DNA from: Octopus sinensis
Lineage: Eukaryota
Length of the DNA: 64,000 bases
Direction: 5' to 3'
Assembly (NCBI RefSeq): GCF_006345805.1
Contig: NC_043019.1
Coordinates: forward strand, 15,127,360-15,191,359
A program made the translations under genes and the position numbers. The notes beneath the pieces were generated by a model. That model searched no databases. It saw only the letters and a list, made by a program, of their open reading frames with translations, and was not told the origin of the DNA. Positions 1 through 10,462 of this stretch are shown here, in pieces. Position 1 is the stretch's first letter. Every line of letters starts with the position of its first letter.

Positions 1-27
1 CACACACACACACACACATACTTATTT

Positions 28-64
<37 letters not shown>

Positions 65-67
65 ATA

Positions 68-595
68 CAAGGGTGAGTCAAAAAGTAATGCCATTTTGTT
101 TAGGACAGGTATAATTACCAACACAGGAACATGTATCATACATCAAAATGATCCCTACTGCTCAATATGGTCACCGTGTTTCTCCCAACAGCAATGTTCC
201 ACCTTCCAGCAAGAGCATGTATCCCTGCCCCGTAAAATTCTGTTGACTGTTCTTTGAGCCACTTCTTCAATACAGTTTTCACTTCCTCATCACTGGAATA
301 ATGTTTGCCTCTCAAACCTTCTTTCATGGGGCCGAAGAGATAATAGTCCAGTGGCGAGGAAGTGAAAACTGTAGTGAAGAAGTGGCTCAAAGAACAGTCA
401 ACAGAATTTTACAGGGCAGGGATACATGCTCTCATTCGAAGGTGGAACATTGCTATTGAGAGAAACGGTGACTATGTTGAGAAGCAGGGATGTGATCCAC
501 AGAGGACCAGCTTCATTTTGATGTATGAAACATAGTCCTGTGTTGGTAATTATACCTGTCCTAAAAAAATGGCATTACTTTTTGACTCACCCTCT
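68..595. mobile_element. Non-autonomous mariner-type element, TA-flanked, built as a foldback of two 3' ends
   Basis: Termini CAAGGGTGAGTCAAAAAGTAATGCCATTTT (68) and AAAATGGCATTACTTTTTGACTCACCCTCT (595), each next to TA. Arms of about 230 bp (68-298 and 348-595) are inverted copies. Confidence 0.9.
136..345 (-). pseudogene. Mariner transposase C-terminal remnant
   Basis: DYYLFGPMKEGLRGKHYSSDEEVKTVLKKWLKEQSTEFYGAGIHAL matches the mariner C-terminus after the SPDLAPSD motif. The same text recurs on the + strand at about 355-485. Confidence 0.85.
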
Positions 596-683
596 TATAT
601 ATATATATATTTTGTTGTTAAAATTCCAGCGACAAGGATTAACTCTGGATTCCTCCCCTCCCTCCTCAGTATACTCTCTCTCT

Positions 684-1287
684 TTTTACTCTTTTACTTG
701 TTTCAGTCATTTGACTGTGGCCATGCTGGAGTACCGCCTTGTCGAGCAGATCGACCCCAGAACTTATTCTTTGTAAGCCTAGTACTTATTCTATCGGTCT
801 CTTTTGCCGAACCATTAAGTTACAGGGACGTAAACACACCAGCATCGATTGTCAAGCAATTTTGGGGGGGACAAACACAGCCACACAAACATATATACAC
901 ACGACCGTGGCCGATGCCAGCCTCGCCTGGCACCAGTGCAGGTGGCACGTAAAAAGCACCCACTACACTCACAGAGTGGTTGGCGTTAGGAAGGGCATCC
1001 AGCTGTAGAAACGTTGCCAGATAAGACTGGAGCCTGGTGCAGCCTTCTGGCTTCCCAGATCCCTGGTCGAACCGTCCAACCCATGCTAGCATGAAGAACA
1101 GACGTTAAACAATGATGATGATACGACGGGCTTCTTTCAGTTTCCATCTACCAAATCCACTCACAAGGCTTTGGTCGGCTCGAGGCTATAGTAGAAGACA
1201 CTTGCCCAAGGTGCTACGCAGTGGGACTGAACCCGGAACCATGTGGTTTGTAAGCAAGCTACTTACCACACAGCCACTCCTACGCCT
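684..1287 (-). mobile_element. tRNA-derived SINE family A, interrupted in its internal microsatellite by an RTE 3' fragment
   Basis: Reverse complement has the head GGCGTAGGAGTGGCTGTGTGG...GGTTCAGTCCC (box A/B-like), the body, and the tail ...GACTGAAACAAGTAAAAGAGTAAAA. Confidence 0.85.
901..1121 (+). mobile_element. 3' UTR fragment of an RTE-like LINE with (GAT)n tail
   Basis: GTGGTTGGCGTTAGGAAGGGCATCCAGCTGTAGAAAC...GACGTTAAACAATGATGATGAT. The same tail recurs more than 15 times in the window. The RTE assignment is inferred from the tail type and from the copy at 19928-20710. Confidence 0.7.
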
Positions 1288-1334
1288 TGTTCATGAATTT
1301 AGATTTGCAATATTATCCCTTTATTTCCCATCAT

Positions 1335-1529
1335 AGATGGGCAGATTCCTAAAAAGATTCCGCTCACACATTCACAGCAAACAAGGCACAGGACCAGACT
1401 TTAGGTTGTGTGGGTGTATTTTTACCTACTCCGACATTTACACATGGTCAGTTTTACGTCACAATGAGAAGAGCAACAGATGCCAATAATTTGGAAACGG
1501 AAAATATTGTCTACAAAGAAGTTTTGTAA
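1335..1529 (+). pseudogene. Helitron RepHel PIF1-like helicase C-terminal remnant
   Basis: Hand translation of 1380-1529 gives NKAQDQTLGCVGVFLPTPTFTHGQFYVTMRRATDANNLETENIVYKEVL*, matching the Helitron consensus NKAQGQTL..VG..L..PVFSHGQLYVA.SR...NIVYKEVL. It is absent from the ORF track. Confidence 0.85.
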
Positions 1530-1549
1530 TTGTATTGATATTATCGAAA

Positions 1550-1843
1550 GGAATATGTTCCACTTCCTGATGTTTCTTGATGCTTCTTTCTTCCAACCAC
1601 TTCCATCAGGCTTGACATCAGTATCATTCTTCTTCTTCTTCCTCCGTTTCTTTTCCCTTCAATCTTTCCGGTCATTGTTAAATTCTCCAGGTCCTCTTTC
1701 CTCATCACGTGACCAAGAAACCTCAGTTGCTTGGCTCTTATCTCACAAAGCAGTTTCCTATTTACCACCACAGCCGGGATCATCACTTCTTCTTTAAACA
1801 CTTTGTCAGTCCATCCCATCCTCAATATCTTCCTTATATACAC
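1550..1843 (-). pseudogene. RTE-clade LINE ORF C-terminal fragment
   Basis: RKILRMGWTDKV...KQLRFLGHVMRKEDLENLTMTGKIEGKRNGGRRR is a typical RTE C-terminus. Confidence 0.85.
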
Positions 1844-1844
1844 A

Positions 1845-2012
1845 CTGAAAAGTCCTTGGTTTTGGATAAAAGAAAATACAGGAGGATCACTTAATTATGA
1901 TTTTATTCAACATATTCCCCTCTCAGATTCACACACTTATTGCAGCAGCCCTTCAGTTTTTCTGAGTCCTGTAAAAGAACTCAGAAGGTTGGGCCTCCAG
2001 CTAGGCCTTTCG
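1845..2012 (-). mobile_element. Partial mariner MITE, same family as 13994-14210
   Basis: Reverse-complement similarity to 14030-14200 (AAAGAAAATACAGGAGGATCA, TTCCCCTCTCAGATTCACACACTTATTGCAGC). Confidence 0.75.
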
Positions 2013-2124
2013 TGATACCCTTAAGGCCCAAAACTTTTCAGTACCACCTCATGAGTTAAGTTCTTTAACCCTCGGCAATAAGTAACCCTGGAGTAAAGGG
2101 TCACTGCTAAAGATTAATAAAATC

Positions 2125-2380
2125 AGTTGTCAAGCGATGTTGGGGGGACAAACACAGACACAAACACACAGACACAAACACACATACACATACGTATATA
2201 TACATATACATATATACGACGGGCTTCTTTCAGTTTCCATCAACCAAATCCACTCACAATGCTTTGGTCAGCCTGAGGCTATAGTAGAAGACACTTGCCC
2301 AAGGTGCCACGCAGTTGGACTGAACCCAGAACCATGTGGTTGGTTAGCAAGCTACTTACCACACAGTCACTCCTGCGCCT
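2125..2380 (-). mobile_element. SINE family A, 5' part
   Basis: Head and internal (CA/TA) spacer match family A. Confidence 0.8.
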
Positions 2381-2969
2381 ATATATATTTTTCATTTTCA
2401 TCTAGTTTCAGCTCATGAACTGTGGCCATGCTGGGGCACCGCCATTTGGTTAGCAATATTCCTGCATTGTTTGGATTAGCTCATCCTTTTATACTTGTTC
2501 TTGTATAAATTCTGCTTTCCAGTGCAACAGCAGTAAGGAATGCTCAATCCAAAAGATTGATGGTTCAAATCTACACACTTCTGACTGATCCTCCTAACAT
2601 CTCCTAAAAATCCAATTTTCCATGCTTGCATGGGATATGCGAGGGAAGATTTTCTGGAAATTACGTAGAGCTTGGAAGTGGGATGGTTCCTTGGAAGGAG
2701 GAGGAGGAGGAGGACGGATAATGTCTTTATTGGAATCATTGATATCAGACACCGAAAGCAGAGTAAGGTGAAACAGATACAGCTATTATGGCATATTTAA
2801 AGGATTTCACACTGAGATGTGAATGCGAGATTCATGTGTACTTTTATCAGTCATGTTCTGGCTGTTTCTACTTTTATAATCATGTCATATTTCAAAACAC
2901 ACACACATATATATATATAAATGTATGTGTGTATGTTCATGTGTGCGTGTGTATACATATATATGTGTG

Positions 2970-3008
<39 letters not shown>

Positions 3009-3014
3009 TATTTT

Positions 3015-3246
3015 CTGTTGTTGTTTCAGTCGTTTGACTGTGGCCATGCTTGAGCACTGCCCTTAGTCGAGCAAATCGACCCCCAGGACTTATTCTTTGT
3101 AAGCCTAGTACTTATTCTATCAATCTCTTTGCCGAACTACTAAGTTACGCGAATGTGAACACACCAACATAGTGATGGTGAGGGAACAAACATAGACACG
3201 GAAATACAGATAGAGAGAGAGAAAGAGACAAACAGACAGCAGACAG

Positions 3247-3279
<33 letters not shown>

Positions 3280-3478
3280 TAGAGATATATAGGTATAGAT
3301 ATGTATGTGTGTGTGTATATACACACACACAACAGGCTTCTTTCAGTTTCCATTTACCGAATCCTCTCACAAGGTTTTGGTCGGCCCAAGGCTATAGTAG
3401 AAGACACTTGCCCAAGGTGTCACGCAGTGGGATTGAATCTAGAACTATGTTGTTGGGAAGCAAGCTTCTTACCACAAG
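3015..3478 (-). mobile_element. SINE family A with expanded internal microsatellite
   Basis: Tail, body and head are all present. The internal spacer is expanded into (GACA)n/(GA)n. Confidence 0.8.
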
Positions 3479-3485
3479 GAGTGTG

Positions 3486-3529
<44 letters not shown>

Positions 3530-3819
3530 AAATTATGTAATGAACCACATTAGCTTACAGCTGTTTCTGCTACACGAGACAATGCACTCATAGTTGCATC
3601 TTGTAGCAGTTAATGCAATTCCACATACTATTCTCCTGAAGCATATGTATATCAAGTTGTACAATGAGACTTGGCTATCAGACCACACAGTAACTCACTA
3701 CAGAGGAGCATAATGCAGAGATGAAGCATTCATGTTACCATAATGTTCTGATGATCTGATGAGCTAGCCTTCTTTAATTGCACTGATTTGTAAATATACA
3801 ACTGTACTGTATAATCCTT

Positions 3820-4027
3820 TCTACTGGAAGGCACAAGGTCTCAAATTTGTTGGGTGGGGACTAGTCAATTATATCGACCCCAGTGTTTCACAGGTACTTA
3901 ATTTATCGACCCTGAAAGAATGAAAGGCAAAGTCGACCATGGCAGAATTTGAACTCAGGACGTAGCGGCAGACAAAATATCGCTAAGCATTTCATCGAGC
4001 GTGCTAACAATTCTGCCAGGCCACTGC
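3820..4027 (-). mobile_element. SINE family B
   Basis: Reverse complement GCAGTGGCCTGGCAGAATTGTTAGCAC...GAGTTCAAATTC...GTCGACTTTGCCTTTCATTCTTTCAGGGTCGATAAATTAAGTACC. There are more than 10 related copies in the window. Confidence 0.8.
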
Positions 4028-4587
4028 TTTACAATCTTATTGCATAATGCTTGGGATACATATTAGTCATGACATGTAAACATAATTTATTATATACTGA
4101 AAGTTTTACTACATGATAAAGGTTGTGAAACAGCTACAATCATAAGATTTGACAAGTCGTTAAATAAATATATTAATTTCGTCATATATCCTGACATTTT
4201 ATGGTTTATATATATGTATATAATCACCATTTAACGTCCTTTTTCTTAACGCTGGCATATAATACCATTTGTGTATCACAAGACACATCCCAAGGTATCT
4301 TGCAGTAGACACTGATATGTGTCATAGAGGAGTGCACTTCATAAATAAAACGAGGACATGTAAAAAGATATTCTCACATGCAAGACAAGAGTCGGATATG
4401 GAAAGCAAATACTTCTAGTAGTGTATCAAAAGGCTCCAAGTGACATTGAATTTCTAAGAAAGTGGAACAAGAATAAGAATAGTACTTGTAAGAAAAAGTG
4501 GAAAACCAGTGCCACAAGTCATTTTTAGGTCGTGCATTATCATTATCATCATTTAATGTTAGTCTTCGATGCTGGCATGGGCTAGAG

Positions 4588-4982
4588 CACTGGTTCCTGA
4601 AGTGGGTGGGACCACATGGGCTAGATCGCTGGTTCCCGAACTGGGTGGTACCACATGGGCTAGATCACTGGTTCCTGAAGTGGGTGGTACTACATGGTCT
4701 AGATCCCTGATTCCCGAAGTGGGCGGTACCACCCCTCACTCTAGAGACAGTGGAAAGATCCAGGGGGTGGCCTTGAAGAAAGATGAGGTGATAATGGATG
4801 ACAAAACGGGTCAATGGATGCCAAGAGAAAAAACAAAATAAGGGTTAATTAGGTCAAGACTTATTTGTGAAATACTGCTGTTTTTTTCAATTTGCTGCAG
4901 AAAATAATATGTGTCCATGATAGTGAGGGGTGCGGCCTGAGAACCAAGGGGGCAGCAGCCTGAAGAAGTTTGGGAACCACTG
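4588..4982. mobile_element. hAT-like (Charlie-type) MITE with tandemly amplified left junction
   Basis: Left CACTGGTTCC and right GGAACCACTG ends. Flanking 8-mers GGCTAGAG (4580-4587) and GGCTAGAT (4983-4990) form a 7/8 TSD with a CTAG core. Three 39-bp units lie at 4588-4704. Confidence 0.75.
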
Positions 4983-5704
4983 GGCTAGATGGATCAACAG
5001 GAGCCAACAGGCCAGAGGGGAAGAATACCGCAGAGATGGAAAGAATGCTACAAAGCATCCTATGCAATGTTGTAATGTATGTGTGTGTGTGTGTATGTGT
5101 ATGAATATGTGTATTTTTTTATATGTATGTATGTGTATTTTTTTATATGTATGTATGTGTATTTTTGCGTGTGCATATATATATATATATGTGTGTGTGT
5201 ATGTATATATGTAATGTGTGTGTGTAGTGTGTGTTTATATTGTGGTGTATAATGTAGTATGTATATATATGTTGTTCACATGTATATTTATATATGTATT
5301 TATACTCATATGACTGGTAGAGAGCAATGGACATGTGTCTGGACATCACCTCCACCAACCCTACCACCACCACCACCACCAACACCGTCACTCCCCCTCC
5401 CACCACCACCACCACCCAAATCACTTACCCCATCTCTCACCACCACCACCTACCAATATTGTGGTTGTCAGAAGAATGTTTTCAGTTCTCAGGGTTTACG
5501 ATTACTTCATCCTTAACTTCCACAAATAATATACTAGGTTTCCGGTGGGTGGGGGTAGGCACTTAGGATAATGGTGGGAGTAGTAGTCTTAGTAATAGTA
5601 GTAGTAGTAGTAGCTCACTCTTTCATTCTTAACCTCACCACCACCACATTCATTCACACACACACATACATACATACACACACACACACATATATATAGT
5701 TAGT

Positions 5705-5915
5705 TAATCCAAACATGAAAACACAAAAAGAAAACACAACAACGCGAGGACGTGGAACAAGTATAGTGTTATTGGATGCTCAGGAAGGAAGGGAAGAAGG
5801 AAGGTTTAACGTTTCGAGCGGAGCTCTTTGTCGGAAACATAGGAGAAGGAAAGATCCAGAGAAGGGAAGACAGAGGAAAGAAAATCGCCAACGGTACACA
5901 CGAGGTCACATTTTG
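5705..5915 (-). mobile_element. Short repeat with a degenerate minimal hammerhead-like motif (Penelope-like)
   Basis: Minus strand 5838-5804 reads GTTT-CCGACAA-A-GAGC-tcc-GCTC-GAA-ACGT-T-AAAC. Confidence 0.5.
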
Positions 5916-6348
5916 AAAATGTTTGTTTTTATGTTCAGTTATAATAGACACAATTTTACATTATTGTGATGAGTTATTCTGTACTTTGTTGATTGTGACT
6001 TTGAAGTTTTGGTTGGTTAAGCCATCGTCGGACTGCAGTGTCCGAAACAGTGATGTCAGTGTCAATAGAGGGTAAAGACCCCCTTCGGATGGATGGATGT
6101 AAGTATGTGCATATGCATATGTGTAGATGCATATGCATGCTTGCACACCTATACACATGTATGTACGTTATGTATGTGTGCACATATGTATCTATGAACT
6201 CATATATGTATGTATGTGAGTATTTAGGTATGTAAGTGTGTAGATGTGTGTGTGTGTATGTGTATGTACATGTGAACGTATATTTTTGTACTGATATGTT
6301 TGTCTGTATGTGTATATATATAAATATATATATATACAGAATGCCATG

Positions 6349-6548
6349 ATAGATCATTAGCTCCTACATGCATTTTTTTTTCTCTCCTTGTTTCTCTCCT
6401 TGTTTTTTTTATGTGCCCCTTTCTGTAGAAGAGCGTAGGCTCGAAACATAAAAGACTTGTTTTATTTCTATTCCTGAGCGCTATACTAATACATTTGTTT
6501 GTTTGTACTCCACCTGCCTTCTTTTGTTTATTTTCGTAAACCTTCCCG
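6349..6548 (+). mobile_element. Short interspersed repeat with a hammerhead-like motif (Penelope-like), copy 1
   Basis: A second copy is inverted at 20712-20892. Motif at 6419-6454 is CTTT-CTGTAGA-A-GAGC-gtag-GCTC-GAA-ACAT-A-AAAG. The 3' end runs into (TA)n. Confidence 0.6.
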
Positions 6549-7196
6549 TTATATATATATATATTTATATATATATATATATATATATATAGGAAACAGT
6601 GGACAAAGGTTGGTGTTAGGAATGAAATTCAGCCATAGAGCCCATATCAAAACAGACAATGCAAGCTTGGTGTGGCTCCGGTCAAACTGTCCAACCCATG
6701 CCAGCATAGAAAAACAGACATTAGAAGATGATGATGGTGACGATGATGATTGTGGAAGGCCAGCAGTGTTGAAGGGAGCAGGGACTCGAGTGGTTGATCC
6801 TGGGGTTAAACAACAAGGACAAAACAGAAAAATTTTAAAACAAAAAAAAAGAGTAAAAGAAAAAAAAAACAACCATGAAAACTAAATATATACGAAATTG
6901 GCCAAGTTCTCACAGCAAAGTGTCAAACGCTTAGCCATTAAGACGCTTCCTTCATCTTCAGAAACGGTCAGCATGTCTCCAAGACTTTGAAAGAGTCTGA
7001 CTTCACACTTTGTTTCGTGATTTCTTTGTTATTGTTTTTGATGCAAAGGCAGAGATATGATACAACTACAGTGACATGCGCACACACACGTGTGTGTGTG
7101 TGTGTGTGTGTTGTGTGTGATGTGTGAATGCGATTGTGCGTGTGTATATGCCAGCATAGATATGCAATACACATGTGTATATATATGTGTGTGTGC

Positions 7197-7227
<31 letters not shown>

Positions 7228-7794
7228 CACACACACACACACACATACGTAGCCCACAGACAAACACTTCAAGTATCCAATTATGATAAATGTGTGTGCA
7301 TGTGTGTAAGTGTATAAGTATATATATGTATGTATTTAAATATACATATACATGCATATATGTGCTTGTGTGTGTGTGTGTGATGTGTGTGTTTGTATGT
7401 ATATATATGTGTGTGTGGTGTGTGTGTGTGTGTGTGTATGTGTGTGTATATATATATAATATGAGTATTTGTACGTGCATGCATGTGTGTGTGTGTGCGT
7501 GTACACATACATACTCATATGCCCATACACGCACTATTATACTGACCCGCAGTCCTTATTATACACAGTCTTCCGTCCGCTTACATTTCACTCTGAGAAC
7601 TAAGAACCCTTCAATTCGTCTTTAAATTAGGAAGTAAAAAGAGAGGCAAGCAAAAATCACAACCTGCACTACACCAGAAACCAGCCACTAAATGGTCACT
7701 CGATTTGCTAGAAATAGCAGTCAAAGCTATCTCAAATTGTATTGTACTGACTTAAAAGAAATAAATAACAACTGTTTTTTAATTCTGGTACAGG

Positions 7795-7997
7795 GACAGC
7801 AGTTTCTGAAAAGGGACGGAGAAGTCAATTACATTGAGTCCAGTACTTGACCGTAGCTTATTTTATTGACTCCCACCCCCACCCAAAAGGATGAAAGGCA
7901 AAATTGACCTCAGCAGAATTTGAACTCAGAACATAAAGACAGAGAAAATACTGCTAAGCATTTTGTCCAGCATGCTAACAATTCTGCCAGCTCACAG
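7795..7997 (-). mobile_element. SINE family B
   Basis: Same body as 3820-4027. Confidence 0.75.
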
Positions 7998-8068
7998 CCT
8001 TAATAATAATGGAAACAAAAAAGGCACCGAGATCAAGAAGCCCAATCAAAGCCCATCATATATATCAT

Positions 8069-8074
<6 letters not shown>

Positions 8075-8162
<88 letters not shown>
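8075..8162. repeat. Long pure (TA)n microsatellite
   Basis: About 40 uninterrupted TA units. Confidence 0.95.
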
Positions 8163-8164
<2 letters not shown>

Positions 8165-8165
<1 letters not shown>

Positions 8166-8455
8166 CATCATCATCATCATCATAATAATTGTTTAACGTC
8201 CACTTTCCATGCTAGCATGGGTCGGACGATTTGACTGAGGTCTGGCGAACCAGACTCCAATCTGACCTGGCAGAGTTTCTACAGCTGGATGCCCTTCCTA
8301 ATGCCAACCAATCCGAGAGTGTAGTGGGTGCTTTTACGTTCCACCAGCACAAGGGCCAGTCAGGCGGTACTGGCAACGGCCATGGTCAAATGGTGCTTCT
8401 TATGTGCCACATGCACAGGAGCCAATCCAGCGGCACTGGCAACAACCTCGCTCGA
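8165..8455 (-). mobile_element. RTE-like 3' UTR fragment
   Basis: CATCAT...GTTTAACGTCCACTTTCCATGCTAGCATGGG...CAGCTGGATGCCCTTCCTAATGCCAACC. Confidence 0.75.
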
Positions 8456-8479
8456 ATATATATATATATATATATATAT

Positions 8480-8702
8480 ATCTGGGTGTGTCTTTGTGTC
8501 AATGTTTGCCCTCTCGAACATCGCTTGACAACTGATGCTGGTGCATTTACATCCCTATAACTTAACAGTTCGGCAAAAGAGACCGATAGAATAAGTACCA
8601 GGCATACAAAGGATAACTTCTGGGGTCGATTTGCTCGACTAAATGTGATGCTCCAGCATGGCTGCAGTCAAATGACTGAAACAAGTAAAAGAATAAAAGA
8701 GA
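8480..8702 (+). mobile_element. SINE family A, 3' half
   Basis: ...CGCTTGACAACTGATGCTGG...GACTGAAACAAGTAAAAGAATAAAAGA. Confidence 0.8.
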
Positions 8703-9642
8703 TGTAGGACCATTGGATTCAATGCCTTACAAGAATTTACCCCAGCAGTTTCCAAGATCAAATACCACCGAGGTCAACTTCACCTTTGCCCTTCATCGTT
8801 TCTGGGTCAACAAAAAGACAAAAAACATTCACATGTACAGCCATCAAATTGGATGCGTTGCAGGTATTTGTCCCAGATGTTTCTATTCTGAATTCGGTTC
8901 CATGGCAAGGCACCTGTGTAAGTGTTTTCTGCTCTGGCCTTCACTGACCGATGCATTGTGAGTGAATTTGGTAGATGGAAACTGAAAGAAGCCTGTCATA
9001 CGTGCTTGTGTGTGTGTGTGTGTGTGTTCCCCGCCATCACCACTTGACAACCAGTGTTGGTTTGTTTACGTCCCTATAACAGAGTGCTTCAGCAAAAGAG
9101 CTCGATAGAATAATTGCCAGACTTAAGCACTGGGCTTGATTTGTTTGACTAAAACCTTCAAGGTTGGTGCCCCAGCTTGGCCACAGCCTAATGACTGAAA
9201 CAAGAAAAAGATACACACACACACACACACACATGTATGCATGAACATACATACACACTAACACACATACATACATGCATGCATGCACACACATGCGCAC
9301 ATGAACTCACACACTTGAATTCCTAGTTTAACCCCCCTCCCCCCCCTCCAAATCATCCATCATTGAAAAGATGAGATAATATAATACACCTTCCATGAGG
9401 AAAGAGGGAGGGCCAAGTTGTGTTGTTGAGGGCAGGGGTTCCCAACTAGGGTTGCCTGCACTCCCTGGAGATGTGAAAAACACGATAAGCAAATACTTTA
9501 TCATAATCACCTTCCAGAATTAAATTATTCTTTTATCATTAATCTTTTATCTTTAACCTTTCATCTTTTACTTACTTCAGTCATTGGAGAGCCACCATGT
9601 TGGGCCAGCGGACCAACAAGACCATATGGGTTAATATATATC

Positions 9643-9822
9643 TAAGTATAATTATAATAAAGAGCGCTGAAGTGAGAATGTCTGTATGCTAGAAATAGAT
9701 GCCAAATGGATGACAAACCACTTCTAATAACTTAAGTGGCTTGGAGTCCGTTTGGCGTCTATTTCTAGCGTACAGATGTTGTCACTTCATCGCCCTTTAT
9801 TATATTTTTATAATTATACTTA
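9643..9822. mobile_element. Foldback (palindromic) element, MITE-like
   Basis: 9652-9710 and 9747-9803 are inverted copies, differing mostly by CpG-type transitions. Outer IR TAAGTATAATTAT/ATAATTATACTTA. Confidence 0.65.
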
Positions 9823-9834
9823 AATACTATCATC

Positions 9835-10362
9835 ATCATCATCGTTTAACGTCTGTTTTCCATGCTGGCATGAGTTAGACAGTTTGACTGGGGTCTGGTA
9901 AGACTCAAGGCTGCACCAGGCTCCAATCTGATCTGGCAATGTTTCTACAGTTGGATGCCCTTCCTAACACCAACCACTCTGAGAGTGTAGTAGGTGCTTT
10001 TTATGTGCCACCAGCATAGGAGCCAGACAGGGCAAGGGGATGGTATCGACCATGTTCAGATGGTGCTTTTTATGTGCCACCAGCATAGGAGCCAGACAGG
10101 GCAAGGGGATGGTATCGACCATGTTCAGATGGTGCTTTTTATGTGCCACCAGCATAGGAGCCAGACAGGGCAAGGGGATGGTATCGACCATGTTCAGATG
10201 GTGCTTTTTATGTGCCACCAGCATAGGAGCCAGACAGGGCAAGGGGATGGTATCGACCATGTTCAGATGGTGCTTTTTATGTGCCACCAGCATAGGAGCC
10301 AGACAGGGCAAGGGGATGGTATCGACCATGTCAGATGGTGGCTTTTATGTGCCACCAGCCAG
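9835..10362 (-). mobile_element. RTE-like 3' UTR fragment carrying a 69-bp tandem array
   Basis: The tail at 9835-9990 is followed by units starting at 9993, 10062, 10131, 10200, 10269 and 10337, which run into the gap. Confidence 0.8.
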
Positions 10363-10462
10363 NNNNNNNNNNNNNNNNNNNNNNNNNNNNNNNNNNNNNN
10401 NNNNNNNNNNNNNNNNNNNNNNNNNNNNNNNNNNNNNNNNNNNNNNNNNNNNNNNNNNNNNN
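10363..10462. other. Assembly gap (100 N)
   Basis: Run of N. Confidence 1.

Noticed and set aside
2476-2760. Unique sequence with short open frames on both strands
   Set aside because: No motif or consistent splice signals.
3545-3775. Possible fourth hammerhead (GAAACAGCTGTAAGCTAA on minus; CTGATGAG on plus)
   Set aside because: The pieces are on opposite strands or too degenerate to assemble stems I and II with a core.
6020-6060. TCGGAC-tgcagt-GTCCGAAAC stem
   Set aside because: There is no CUGANGA upstream and no stem I.
6968-7625. Long ORFs rich in H/T/Y/I/C/V (also near 13.1, 14.6, 27.5, 37.3, 40.1, 44.7, 46.9 and 62.1 kb)
   Set aside because: They are translations of (CA)n, (TA)n and (CT)n microsatellites, which lack stop codons in several frames.
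9993-10362. CRISPR-like array
   Set aside because: Units are contiguous with no unique spacers, and the context is eukaryotic. The same applies to the 39-, 65- and 26-bp arrays.
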